Assembly: GCA_964440405.1 (NCBI GenBank)
Contig: CAYTSB010000002.1
Span: 1 to 38,383 of the forward strand
Length of the DNA: 38,383 bases
Reading direction: 5' to 3'
Source of the DNA: an uncultured Muribaculaceae bacterium
GTDB taxonomy: Bacteria > Bacillota_I > Bacilli_A > RF39 > UBA660
Shown: piece after piece, positions 1 to 8,106 of the stretch
Layout: each line of letters starts with the position of its first letter
Position numbering within the stretch: the stretch's first letter is position 1
Position numbers and translations under genes: made by a program
Notes under the pieces: generated by a model
What the model was told of the DNA's origin: nothing
What the model saw: the letters and a program-made list of their open reading frames with translations, nothing else
The model's database searches: none

Positions 1-21
1 TTGTATTATCTAAAGATTTCA

Positions 22-1026
22 TTATTTATCACCTTTATTTTCTTCCAAATATTTATTATAAAATTCATCCATTGAAGATATATATTTTTGATCTTGCATT
101 ACTCTATATTTCTCATATTCACTTTCTGCTTTTTCTACCGCTTGTTTATGAGATATATTTCCACTATTTTGTAATACTTCTTTTCTTCTAAATTTTAATA
201 AATCATCTGTTGCATTTATCCAATCTTTCATTGTCATAACATGTCTTTCTTTTGCTTCATCTTCTGCGAATACTAAAAATATATTTGTTAAATCATCTAG
301 TTTTTCTAGTTCTTCTTTCTTTAAATAATTTTTAGCAATACCTACATCATATTTATATATTAAACCATCAGGAGAATTTTTCCAAGAAGTCAAGCCCATA
401 TGTTCTTTTTCTGAATTAGCTCTACTATATATTAGTTCAGCTGCAGTATGTCCACTAATTGCATAATGAAGTTTATTTTGAACTATTTTAAAAAAAGTAT
501 ATGCCTCTTCTGACTTTGGATTGTAATCAGTTGAAGTTGCTATAAATAAATCTGTAATTTTTTGATAAGCCATTCTTTCACTAACTCTAATTGTTTTAAT
601 ACGTTCTAGTAATTCGTCAAAATACTTAGAGTCATATTTATTTCCTTTTATAAATCTTTCATCATTTAAAGAAAATCCCTTTATCATATATTCTTTTAAT
701 ATTTTAGTAGCCCATATTCTAAACTCTGTTGCTTTTTTTGAATTTACTCTATAACCTACTGCAATTATTGCATCTAGACTATAAACTTCTGTATTATATT
801 TTTTTCCGTCATCTGCAGTTATTTCCATTTTGGAAACAACTGCATCTTTACTCAATTCATTTTCTTCAAATATATTTTTTAAATGTTTAGATACCGCTGG
901 TACACCAACTTCAAATACTTTTGACATTCCTTTTTGCGAAAGCCATAGCGTTTCATCTTTATATATAGCGTCTACTATAATATCGCCATCACTATTTTTA
1001 TATATAATTAAGTTATTATCTTCCAT
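22..1026 (-). CDS. RhuM-family protein (prophage / genomic-island cargo type)
   Basis: 334-aa ORF close to the window edge. Segments such as IYKDETLWLSQKGMSKVF, AIIAVGYRVNSKKATEFRIWATKILKEY and FAEDEAKERHVMTMKDW read like the RhuM/virulence-protein family as I remember it. No search run. Confidence 0.7.
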   Translation of the reverse strand: MEDNNLIIYKNSDGDIIVDAIYKDETLWLSQKGMSKVFEVGVPAVSKHLKNIFEENELSKDAVVSKMEITADDGKKYNTEVYSLDAIIAVGYRVNSKKATEFRIWATKILKEYMIKGFSLNDERFIKGNKYDSKYFDELLERIKTIRVSERMAYQKITDLFIATSTDYNPKSEEAYTFFKIVQNKLHYAISGHTAAELIYSRANSEKEHMGLTSWKNSPDGLIYKYDVGIAKNYLKKEELEKLDDLTNIFLVFAEDEAKERHVMTMKDWINATDDLLKFRRKEVLQNSGNISHKQAVEKAESEYEKYRVMQDQKYISSMDEFYNKYLEENKGDK

Positions 1027-1369
1027 AAATATTCTCCTTTCTGTAGTTTATCATTACTCGTTATTACCTATTATTTTATTAAATCACTATTAATAAATTC
1101 ACTAAAATGTAAAAAGTATTTAACAAAAATTCCTTATCAAATAAGGGCTTGAAGGAGTTTTATCATAAGTCGTTATATACCAATTAATTGAAGTTTTATT
1201 AAGCACATTTTTATTGTTACTATCTGCCATTTTTAAATCACATCCCTGTTTTACTTTTAAAAACCTCTTGATCAGAATAATTTTTAATCATGCTGACACT
1301 TCTGCTTTTTCTAATGAAAATAACAGTATCAAGACTATTTTACCATAAAAAAACTAAATATATAAATAT

Positions 1370-1852
1370 TTAGTCAACAATTCTAATTTTGTTAAATGGA
1401 TATATCACTAAATTAGCATAACCTAAGAGATTTTCTTCTTTAAATGCCCCCAGTTCTCTACTGTCTTTAGAGATAGCCCTATTGTCTCCCATTATAAAGT
1501 ATTCGTTATTATCTAAAGTGATTTCTTCAAAATCACTGGTTTTACCTACCCCATAATTATCAATTAATATTTTATCATCAATATAGATAATACCATTTTG
1601 ACAAGATATTTTTTCATTGGGTAATCCAATAATCCTTTTGATTAAATAAATATCATCTTCTTTTAAAACCACAATATCAAATCTTTTATATTCTTTAAAA
1701 TATTTAGTTATTTTAACTAAAATCATTGCTTCTTTTTCTTTGATATGAGGATACATTGAAGAACCATTTACTCTGATTGGTGTCATAATAAATGTTCTTA
1801 TTACTACTACCACTACAATTATTATTATATAAGGTAATATTTTTTTTAACAT
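1370..1852 (-). CDS. lepB: signal peptidase I
   Basis: N-terminal TM helix followed by the SPase I boxes GSSMYP (Ser), KRIIGLPNE (Lys) and GDNRAISKDSR. Starts 2 nt after the rplS stop. Confidence 0.9.
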   Translation of the reverse strand: MLKKILPYIIIIVVVVVIRTFIMTPIRVNGSSMYPHIKEKEAMILVKITKYFKEYKRFDIVVLKEDDIYLIKRIIGLPNEKISCQNGIIYIDDKILIDNYGVGKTSDFEEITLDNNEYFIMGDNRAISKDSRELGAFKEENLLGYANLVIYPFNKIRIVD

Positions 1853-1854
1853 AA

Positions 1855-2193
1855 TTAGTTTCTTTCTTTAACTTTATATTCTTTACGCATTTTAGCTAAG
1901 AAGTTTAATTTTGCACGACGAACCATACCTTTTTTAATTACAGTAATTTTATCAATTGTCGGTGCATTGACTGGAAAAGTTCTAACAACACCAATTCCTG
2001 CACTTTTCTTACGAACTGAAAAAGTCTCTGATACTCCGCCACCTTTTTTACTAGTAACAATACCTTCAAATGCTTGGATTCTTTCTTTTTTTCCTTCTTT
2101 AACCCAAACATCAACTTTAACTATATCTCCAACTCTAAATTCGGGGACATCTTTTTTAATTTGCTTCTTAGTAACTTTATCTACTAAATTCAT
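1855..2193 (-). CDS. rplS: 50S ribosomal protein L19
   Basis: MNLVDKVTKKQIKKDVPEFRVGDIVKV...FEGIVTSKKGGGVSETFSVRK is typical L19. ATG at 2193 is preceded by AAGAAAGGAA. The longer ORF-track start (2253) would run through the predicted leader hairpin. Confidence 0.93.
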   Translation of the reverse strand: MNLVDKVTKKQIKKDVPEFRVGDIVKVDVWVKEGKKERIQAFEGIVTSKKGGGVSETFSVRKKSAGIGVVRTFPVNAPTIDKITVIKKGMVRRAKLNFLAKMRKEYKVKERN

Positions 2194-2217
2194 ACGATCA
2201 ATTCCTTTCTTAATAAT

Positions 2218-2253
2218 ATATGTAATCATATTCTTAAATAGCGGATTACACAT
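2218..2253 (-). promoter_or_regulatory. 5' leader hairpin upstream of rplS (possible L19 autoregulatory leader)
   Basis: Minus strand ATGTGTAATC-N16-GATTACATAT forms a 10-bp stem (one G.U). It lies between the predicted -10 and the rplS Shine-Dalgarno. Confidence 0.3.
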
Positions 2254-2266
2254 TTGAAGCAGATAT

Positions 2267-2295
2267 AGTATAGCATAAATTTTTTTTTAGAACAA
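2267..2295 (-). promoter_or_regulatory. sigma-A type promoter for rplS-lepB
   Basis: Minus strand TTGTTC - 17 nt - TATACT, with TGC directly upstream of the -10. Confidence 0.5.
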
Positions 2296-2302
2296 GTCCT
2301 AA

Positions 2303-2331
2303 CTAAAAGAAAAGCAGGAATTCTTCCTGCT
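2303..2331 (-). terminator. intrinsic terminator after the 580-aa gene
   Basis: Minus strand AGCAGGAA-GAA-TTCCTGCT followed by TTTTCTTTT. The stem overlaps the TAG stop codon. Confidence 0.65.
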
Positions 2332-4072
2332 ATAAATGTTTTATTGGATCTTCATTAGGTCCGGCTTTTTCTTTATCTAATAAAGAACTTTTTCTGGTTT
2401 GCAATATTACCCAATCCATTCCTGGCATTTTCATTAGTTCTTCTATTTCTTCAAGAGTTAATTCACCAAAGTTATTTACATATTTATCATATAATTTATC
2501 TATATGTTCTTGACTTGGTTCATTTTGTGAAGTTTCAGCTGAATTATTTTGACTATCTACTTCAGGATTATAAGGAACATCTAATATTTCTTCTATGCCA
2601 AACATTTTGATCAATTCTTTTTCAAATAATTTGCTTGTTGGAGAATTTAATATGATAGTTTTTTCTTCATCACTTAAGCTTATACCAGTTTTAAATTTTT
2701 TAATAGCTTCGCTTTCTTTTAATTTATCCTCTAAATACTCTCTTTCTGATGAATCCAATGGCATAATCGGATCTCCTGGTTTTGCAACTAAGTTTTGATC
2801 TATCCAATCCTTTTCTTCATCAGTTAAAGAAGAATTATTTAAAATATTTAACAAAGCCCCGGCATTTAAATCTGCACCAGATTCTTTTTGCGTAACTAAG
2901 TCTTTTAAAGTAGCTATAGCAGCCATTCTATTATCAAAAATTGAAATTAATTCATTATCTATTATCGGTGAGGTGTTTGCTGATGTTGGGGTTGGTTCTG
3001 GTTGTTTGACAGTTGGTTCTGATTGTTGAGGGGTTGGTTCTGGTTGCTGAACAACTGGTTCTGGTTGTTGAGGGATTGGTTCTGGCGACTTATTAGTTTT
3101 TATTGTAAGCAAATCTCTTATGTCACGAGCAACCTGATTTTTAAATTCACACCAACCTTTTTTGTTTTTTAATTTAGTTAGTCGTATTTTTAATAAGCCA
3201 CGATCCATTCTTTTATTGATGCTTCTTACTTTATCAATCAAATTACCGGCTTTTAGTTTTTCTATTTCCCCATCTAAAATATTTATATTATCTTGGGTTT
3301 TATTCGTAGCATTAATATATTCAGTTCTTTCGCTAACAAAATTAAATTCACGCCTTGCTACTTTCTCTTGTTTTTTAAATTTTCTTTCGCTTTTGGCTAA
3401 ATAGCGATTTAAATTACGATTAATAATTTTCTTTTGTTTAGCTTTAATTTTACCATCTTTAGTTTGTAACTTGGCTATTCTTGCCTGAACAGCTTTTTGA
3501 CGTGCTTCATTAGCTTTCTTTTTAAACTCTGTACGATATTCTCTGCTTTTTAGACTTGCTAATTTACTATTTTCTTGCGCGAGAAGTTCATTTTGTCCTG
3601 ATATTCTGTGCATTCTCAAATCTTGGTTTTCTACAACCTGTTGAGCTACAAAATTATCAATTAATGAAGAATCTAATCCCGATCCTCTTTCGTACGCTCC
3701 AATGCCTTTGCTGTTTTTTCCTTGAATAATTTTTAAAAAGCCATTTAAACTTTTTTTATCAGCAGTTATTTCTTTTAAATTTTCTTCTAAGACAGCTTTA
3801 TCTTCAGAAGTTAAATTAGGATCTTTTAAAATCTTTTTATAATCATCAATAATAATCTCACGATCAGTAATAACATCCCTAACTGAATTCATAGCTTCTT
3901 CATTAATTTGAGCAACATAAATAGCTCTTGAATTTTTTAGCAGATTAATATCATTTTCAGTTAAATCATAATTTACATCGGGAGCTTTTATTCCTAATTT
4001 CTTGGCAACTTTTAATAATTGAGTTGGCGTTATACTTATTTTATTGTTTTTTGGATAATCAATTATTTTCAT
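2330..4072 (-). CDS. hypothetical 580-aa soluble protein: Lys/Arg/Glu-rich coiled-coil region, PEPxxQQ repeat linker, acidic C-terminal domain
   Basis: Long uninterrupted ORF with SD GGGGGTG 9 nt upstream of the ATG. No TM segment or signal peptide. I recognise no family. Confidence 0.75.
   Translation of the reverse strand: MKIIDYPKNNKISITPTQLLKVAKKLGIKAPDVNYDLTENDINLLKNSRAIYVAQINEEAMNSVRDVITDREIIIDDYKKILKDPNLTSEDKAVLEENLKEITADKKSLNGFLKIIQGKNSKGIGAYERGSGLDSSLIDNFVAQQVVENQDLRMHRISGQNELLAQENSKLASLKSREYRTEFKKKANEARQKAVQARIAKLQTKDGKIKAKQKKIINRNLNRYLAKSERKFKKQEKVARREFNFVSERTEYINATNKTQDNINILDGEIEKLKAGNLIDKVRSINKRMDRGLLKIRLTKLKNKKGWCEFKNQVARDIRDLLTIKTNKSPEPIPQQPEPVVQQPEPTPQQSEPTVKQPEPTPTSANTSPIIDNELISIFDNRMAAIATLKDLVTQKESGADLNAGALLNILNNSSLTDEEKDWIDQNLVAKPGDPIMPLDSSEREYLEDKLKESEAIKKFKTGISLSDEEKTIILNSPTSKLFEKELIKMFGIEEILDVPYNPEVDSQNNSAETSQNEPSQEHIDKLYDKYVNNFGELTLEEIEELMKMPGMDWVILQTRKSSLLDKEKAGPNEDPIKHL
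2985..3086 (-). repeat. imperfect in-frame tandem repeat (about 21-24 nt units, about 5 copies) encoding (Q)PEP(T/V/I)xQQ
   Basis: The plus strand repeats GGTTGGTTCTGGTTG(T/C)T(G/T)... The protein reads PEPIPQQPEPVVQQPEPTPQQSEPTVKQPEPTP. Confidence 0.75.
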
Positions 4073-4089
4073 TTAATACTTACACCCCC

Positions 4090-4350
4090 TTATTCCTCTT
4101 CGTCAGCAACGCGATCAATTTCTTTATTAATAAAATCAATTTCTCTTTGATCTGTAATTGTATCTAATGAATAGGAATCTTCACTTTCATTTAAGATTGA
4201 GGCATAAACGGTTTGATTATCAGTACCTAGAGTATATAAAACAAACTCCTTATCAAATTCCTCTGATTCCACAATATCTAATACTGAAATTTCTACTTGG
4301 CTTCCATCCTCAATTGTTACTAATAATTTATTATCAAATTCTTCTTCCAT
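4090..4350 (-). CDS. DUF1292-like small acidic protein
   Basis: 86 aa. The pattern LLVTIEDGSQVEISVLDIVESEEFDKEFVLYT...YASILNESEDSYSLDTITDQRE with an acidic tail matches the YrzB/DUF1292 family as I recall it. SD AGGAGGATAAAAAAATG. Confidence 0.65.
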   Translation of the reverse strand: MEEEFDNKLLVTIEDGSQVEISVLDIVESEEFDKEFVLYTLGTDNQTVYASILNESEDSYSLDTITDQREIDFINKEIDRVADEEE

Positions 4351-4373
4351 TTTTTTATCCTCCTATCATGACA

Positions 4374-4402
4374 ATTATAGCAAAATAAAATACCATTAGC
4401 AA
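4374..4402 (-). promoter_or_regulatory. near-consensus sigma-A promoter for the DUF1292 / 580-aa gene pair
   Basis: Minus strand TTGCTA - 17 nt - TATAAT with a TGC extended -10. Confidence 0.55.
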
Positions 4403-4407
4403 TATTT

Positions 4408-4845
4408 TTATCTAGTGCGATGGTATTCCTGTTCTTTAATTTCCTCGTAATCTTTGACCATTAATATTTTAACTCTTAATTCGTTTTCCAAGTATCTAAT
4501 TTTCTTTAAAAACAACTCTTCTTTTTCTCGAGAAAGAAATTTTTGATATTTATTTAAAACAATACTTCTAAGACGCATTACTTCATCTAAAACTAATTTA
4601 GCATCATCTTCACCAGCATCATCAGCTTCAACAACTCTTAAAGTTTTATAAGCAATTTTTTTAAATAAAGCATCAAATTTAATAGTTAGTATTTTATCAA
4701 TTAAACGGGGATTAATAATTACTACTTTATTAACATTCAAATAAGAATCACTATCTAATTTAGGATTAAAAGTATAACCATCAAGATTATAATCAAAATA
4801 TATTATTTCATTGGTTTTAGCATTTTTCTTAATTAGATAGTTCAT
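4408..4845 (-). CDS. hypothetical protein (145 aa)
   Basis: ORF starts 9 nt after the trmD stop behind SD AGGAGGGA. The C-terminal half looks helical and charged. No family recognised. Confidence 0.6.
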   Translation of the reverse strand: MNYLIKKNAKTNEIIYFDYNLDGYTFNPKLDSDSYLNVNKVVIINPRLIDKILTIKFDALFKKIAYKTLRVVEADDAGEDDAKLVLDEVMRLRSIVLNKYQKFLSREKEELFLKKIRYLENELRVKILMVKDYEEIKEQEYHRTR

Positions 4846-4854
4846 TAGTCCCTC

Positions 4855-5517
4855 CTATTTTAATAAATCCGGTCTTTTCTCCTTAGTTTTTTTTATTCTT
4901 TGTTCCTGTCGCCAATCATTAATTTTTTGATGATTACCACTCAATAATACCTCTGGGACATCCATTCCTCTATAGGAATCGGGTTTAGTATATGTTGGAT
5001 AATCAAGTAGATTATCATTAAATGATTCTGAATCTAAGCTATCCTCTTTAATTACTCCTTTAATTAATCTTGTGACACTATCAATAATAGCTAAAGCAGG
5101 AATTTCACCCCCGGTTAAGATAAAGTCACCGATGCTGATCTCTTCATTAACTATAGTTCTAATTCTTTCATCAAAGCCTTCATAGTGACCACAGATAATT
5201 ATTAAATGTTTCTTTTTAACTAATTCTCTCACTTTACCTTGATTATAAGTGATTCCATCCGGAGTCATTAAGATGATATAAGAATCTTTAGTTTTAATAG
5301 CTTCAATACATCTAAATATCGGGTCACACATTAAAACCATTCCTGATCCTCCGCCATAAGGAGTGTCATCAACTTGATGATTATTATAAACTGAATAATC
5401 TCTAAAATTAATAATATTAATTTCTATTAATGACTTGTCGATAGCTCTTTTAACAATTGATTCATTTAAATAATCATTAAATATACTAGGAAATAAAGTT
5501 AAAACATCTATTTTCAT
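4855..5517 (-). CDS. trmD: tRNA (guanine37-N1)-methyltransferase
   Basis: MKIDVLTLFPSIF...DDTPYGGGSGMVL...LTGGEIPALAIIDSVTRL are TrmD signatures. TAATG overlap with rimM. Confidence 0.95.
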   Translation of the reverse strand: MKIDVLTLFPSIFNDYLNESIVKRAIDKSLIEINIINFRDYSVYNNHQVDDTPYGGGSGMVLMCDPIFRCIEAIKTKDSYIILMTPDGITYNQGKVRELVKKKHLIIICGHYEGFDERIRTIVNEEISIGDFILTGGEIPALAIIDSVTRLIKGVIKEDSLDSESFNDNLLDYPTYTKPDSYRGMDVPEVLLSGNHQKINDWRQEQRIKKTKEKRPDLLK

Positions 5518-6008
5518 TATATCAATCCTTCAATATTAATTAATTCAATTATTTTTTTATTAAAATCAACGCTTTTAATAAAATGATCGTTCTTGGGAAT
5601 ATAAATCATTTTTTTCCCTTTTATTACAAGCAATATATTACCATTATTATTTAAAATGTCAATTATTGCCCCTAAATTTTTATTATTATAATAAGCATTT
5701 AAACCTATTAAATCACTAAGAAGATATTCATCATCGCTTAAATTTAAATCCACTTTTTTAAAATATAAGTTCTGACCTTTATATTTTAAAACATCATTAA
5801 TATTAGTTATTCCCTTTAAAGTAATCATTTCATAAATTTTATGATGGCGATAGGTGTTAATTGTTTCTAGTACTTTTTCCTCACCAATATAAATTTTATT
5901 ATTAGGTTTAAAAATTCGATCAAGATATTCACATTCAGAAATTATTCTAATTTCACCTTTAATTCCATGAGTATTAACTATTTTACCAAGATATATATAT
6001 TCATTCAT
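5517..6008 (-). CDS. rimM: 16S rRNA processing protein RimM
   Basis: LGKIVNTHGIKGEIRI N-terminus plus a PRC-barrel-like C-terminus, located upstream of trmD. Start is ambiguous (ATG at 6020, 6011 or 6008). 6008 has the best GAGG spacing. Confidence 0.85.
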   Translation of the reverse strand: MNEYIYLGKIVNTHGIKGEIRIISECEYLDRIFKPNNKIYIGEEKVLETINTYRHHKIYEMITLKGITNINDVLKYKGQNLYFKKVDLNLSDDEYLLSDLIGLNAYYNNKNLGAIIDILNNNGNILLVIKGKKMIYIPKNDHFIKSVDFNKKIIELINIEGLI

Positions 6009-6723
6009 CATAAACCTCATACATTAAAATACTACCAGCAATTCCAACATTTAAACTTTCACAATCTTTAGTCATTTTAATATTGACTTTTTTAGCGCAC
6101 AGTTTTAAAACATTTTCTCCAAGTCCTTTGCCTTCATTACCTAAAACAAGTGCCATATTTTCAGTTTTAATATCCTTAATATCAACTCCGTTATTAACAT
6201 CAGTTCCAACAATTAAATAATTCTTTGATTTTAAAATATCAATCATTTCTAAAGTATTTTTATTAATAATATTTAACTTAAATATCATTCCTTCCGTTGC
6301 TCTTAAGACTTTAGAATTATAAATTGATACAGTATTGCTACCAATCACTACTGTTTTAAAATTAAATGCCAAAGCACTTCTAATTAAAGTACCTAGATTT
6401 CCCGGATCCTGAATATTATCTAAAATCAATATTTTAGGAGTTAGACTTTTTTCTTTTAATTTATAACAAACTCCCATAACGTTAGGAAGACTTTCCAAAT
6501 CACTTAGTTTTTTCATAATTTCGTTAGTTATTAAATAATGAGGAATATCTTTACTATATATCTTATTCCCTGTCGTAATTATTTCTTTTAAATAACCACT
6601 GTTTAAAGCTTCCAAGACCAGATGTTCTCCTTCAATAATAAATAACTCATCCTGATATTTTTTTTGTTTTAATTTACTCCAGAATACAACTTTACCATTA
6701 GTTAAACTATTTATTTCTTTCAT
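6001..6723 (-). CDS. TrmH/SpoU-family RNA 2'-O-methyltransferase
   Basis: Motifs LDNIQDPGNLGTLIRSALAF, LVLGNEGKGL and ESLNVGIAGSILMYE. Confidence 0.85.
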   Translation of the reverse strand: MKEINSLTNGKVVFWSKLKQKKYQDELFIIEGEHLVLEALNSGYLKEIITTGNKIYSKDIPHYLITNEIMKKLSDLESLPNVMGVCYKLKEKSLTPKILILDNIQDPGNLGTLIRSALAFNFKTVVIGSNTVSIYNSKVLRATEGMIFKLNIINKNTLEMIDILKSKNYLIVGTDVNNGVDIKDIKTENMALVLGNEGKGLGENVLKLCAKKVNIKMTKDCESLNVGIAGSILMYEVYDE

Positions 6724-7355
6724 TAAATCCCTCTTAACATCTTTCTAGCTCTTTTATAATATGGATAATACTTACTAACTTCATTCCAGAAAAATTTACT
6801 GTGATTAGGATGGTAAAAATGACATATTTCATGAATAATAACATAGTCAATTAAACTTAAATCCTTTTTCAAGAGTTCACTATTTAAAGTAATTATATTA
6901 TCTTTACGATTACATACTCCCCATCTGGTTTTCATTCTTCTTATTTTTAAGCCACAGGAAACATTAGGAAACAGTTTTAAATTTTCATTTAATCTGCTGC
7001 TAAATACTTCACCACATTTTTTTAAATAAAATTTATCCAACATTTTATCATCTTTAACATAGACATTTTCTTCATCAAAATTAATAATATCTACTTTGTC
7101 ATCATAAATAACATTATACCTGTTACCTAAATAATAAAAATAGGCATCTTTATCTTTTTCATGCAATTTTAAATAATACATTTTTCTAATAGCATCTACT
7201 TTATCATTAATAATTCTGATTATTTCTTTTTCACTAACTAATTTATTAGTTGTAACTAATAAATTTAAGTTATCATCAATCCGAAAATAAATATTTTTGA
7301 TATTCTTCCTAATTATTATAATATTTATTAGATTATTATCAATATTCATTTTCAT
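6723..7355 (-). CDS. YgjP-like (DUF45 / M48-type) zinc metallopeptidase
   Basis: HEICHFYHPNHSKFFW (HExxH) lies near the C-terminus, preceded by RWGVC. ATG at 7355 preferred over the GTG at 7367. Confidence 0.75.
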   Translation of the reverse strand: MKMNIDNNLINIIIIRKNIKNIYFRIDDNLNLLVTTNKLVSEKEIIRIINDKVDAIRKMYYLKLHEKDKDAYFYYLGNRYNVIYDDKVDIINFDEENVYVKDDKMLDKFYLKKCGEVFSSRLNENLKLFPNVSCGLKIRRMKTRWGVCNRKDNIITLNSELLKKDLSLIDYVIIHEICHFYHPNHSKFFWNEVSKYYPYYKRARKMLRGI

Positions 7356-7370
7356 AATACATCCCACTTA

Positions 7371-7379
7371 ATTATATCA
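7371..7379 (-). promoter_or_regulatory. extended -10 element (TGATATAAT) upstream of the YgjP-like / TrmH / rimM / trmD genes
   Basis: Minus strand TGATATAAT sits just downstream of the terminator hairpin. No good -35. Confidence 0.35.
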
Positions 7380-7381
7380 CA

Positions 7382-7415
7382 TCAAATAAAAAACTCATAT
7401 TTTTATGAGTTTTTA
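7382..7415 (-). terminator. intrinsic terminator after the 179-aa gene
   Basis: AAAACTCATA-loop-TATGAGTTTT 10-bp stem, flanked by A and T runs. It touches the stop codon at 7413-7415. Confidence 0.55.
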
Positions 7416-7952
7416 TCTTAAATAGCCAACACCTTGTCTATAGTATCTTTTGTCACGACTTCTTGATAAAACCAGTTTTTTAATATCTTCTTCACAATCC
7501 TGATAAATTTTAAATGCTTCTTCCAATGTTAGTTTTGGTGTTCTTTCCGGACTACAATAATATTTTGATAAGTCACCATACTCTTCAAAAGCAAAAGATC
7601 CAACTTTAGTTATTCCCACTTCATAAGGTCTATATATTGCTCCTTCTAAATAAACCTCATTATCATAATTTCTAATAAATGAGTAACATTTTGTATTCAA
7701 ATCATGTTCTTCAATTTGTTTCCAAGTAGGGAGTTTTTCTAATGCTAAATTACTAGAAATGGTACTAGCGGAATAATTTATCTTATCTTCTAAAAGGAAA
7801 TCACCAACATATTGATAACCACCAAGCCAGAATGTTTTGCTCTCAGTTGTAGTAGCTCTTCTTCCTTCTACAAATAAAGCTTGACCAATTTTAAATCTTT
7901 GTACTGCATACTTCTTAGTCGCTATATTTCTCTCAAAAATATGTAAAGCCAT
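7413..7952 (-). CDS. hypothetical protein (179 aa)
   Basis: ATG at 7952 behind SD AGAGGAGG. The ORF-track extension to 8006 would cover this gene's own promoter. No family recognised. Confidence 0.65.
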   Translation of the reverse strand: MALHIFERNIATKKYAVQRFKIGQALFVEGRRATTTESKTFWLGGYQYVGDFLLEDKINYSASTISSNLALEKLPTWKQIEEHDLNTKCYSFIRNYDNEVYLEGAIYRPYEVGITKVGSFAFEEYGDLSKYYCSPERTPKLTLEEAFKIYQDCEEDIKKLVLSRSRDKRYYRQGVGYLR

Positions 7953-7977
7953 AATAAGCCTCCTCTCTTGAAAAATT

Positions 7978-8006
7978 ATTATAACAAATATAGTTTTTAA
8001 ATACAA
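7978..8006 (-). promoter_or_regulatory. sigma-A promoter of the 179-aa gene
   Basis: Minus strand TTGTAT - 17 nt - TATAAT. Confidence 0.55.
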
Positions 8007-8075
8007 TAATATATTTAGAAAGGAAATTACAAAAAATAAGTCTTTAAAAATTCAAAAGCTTAAAATTTATAAACA

Positions 8076-8106
8076 ATAAACAAAAAGCAAGTTTTTAAAC
8101 TTACTT
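8076..8106 (-). terminator. intrinsic terminator after sufU
   Basis: Minus strand AAGTAAGTTT-AA-AAACTTGCTT (one G.U) followed by TTTTGTTTATT. The stem includes the sufU stop codon. Confidence 0.5.

Noticed and set aside
830-1093. 87-aa plus-strand ORF from the ORF track
   Set aside because: It lies antisense inside the well-supported RhuM-family gene. The translation is low-complexity Ser/Leu/Ile-rich with no SD. This is a typical shadow ORF in AT-rich DNA.
2985-3086. Tandem repeat considered as a CRISPR array or non-coding minisatellite
   Set aside because: The units are contiguous with no spacers, in frame, and inside a long ORF. It is a coding PEPxxQQ repeat. No CRISPR-like repeat-spacer structure occurs anywhere in the window.
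1967-4388. Plus-strand ORFs 1967..2257, 2595..2798, 3162..3404 and 4158..4388
   Set aside because: All are antisense to rplS, the 580-aa gene or the DUF1292-like gene. They give hydrophobic, low-complexity translations with no translation signals. I treat them as shadow ORFs.
7953-8006. N-terminal ORF-track extensions (also rplS to 2253, sufC to 11176, HD-GYP to 28129, the SOS small gene to 33589, rhomboid to 35517, yneF to 32850)
   Set aside because: In each case an internal ATG has a proper Shine-Dalgarno. The extension would run through a recognisable promoter or leader, or through a neighbouring gene.
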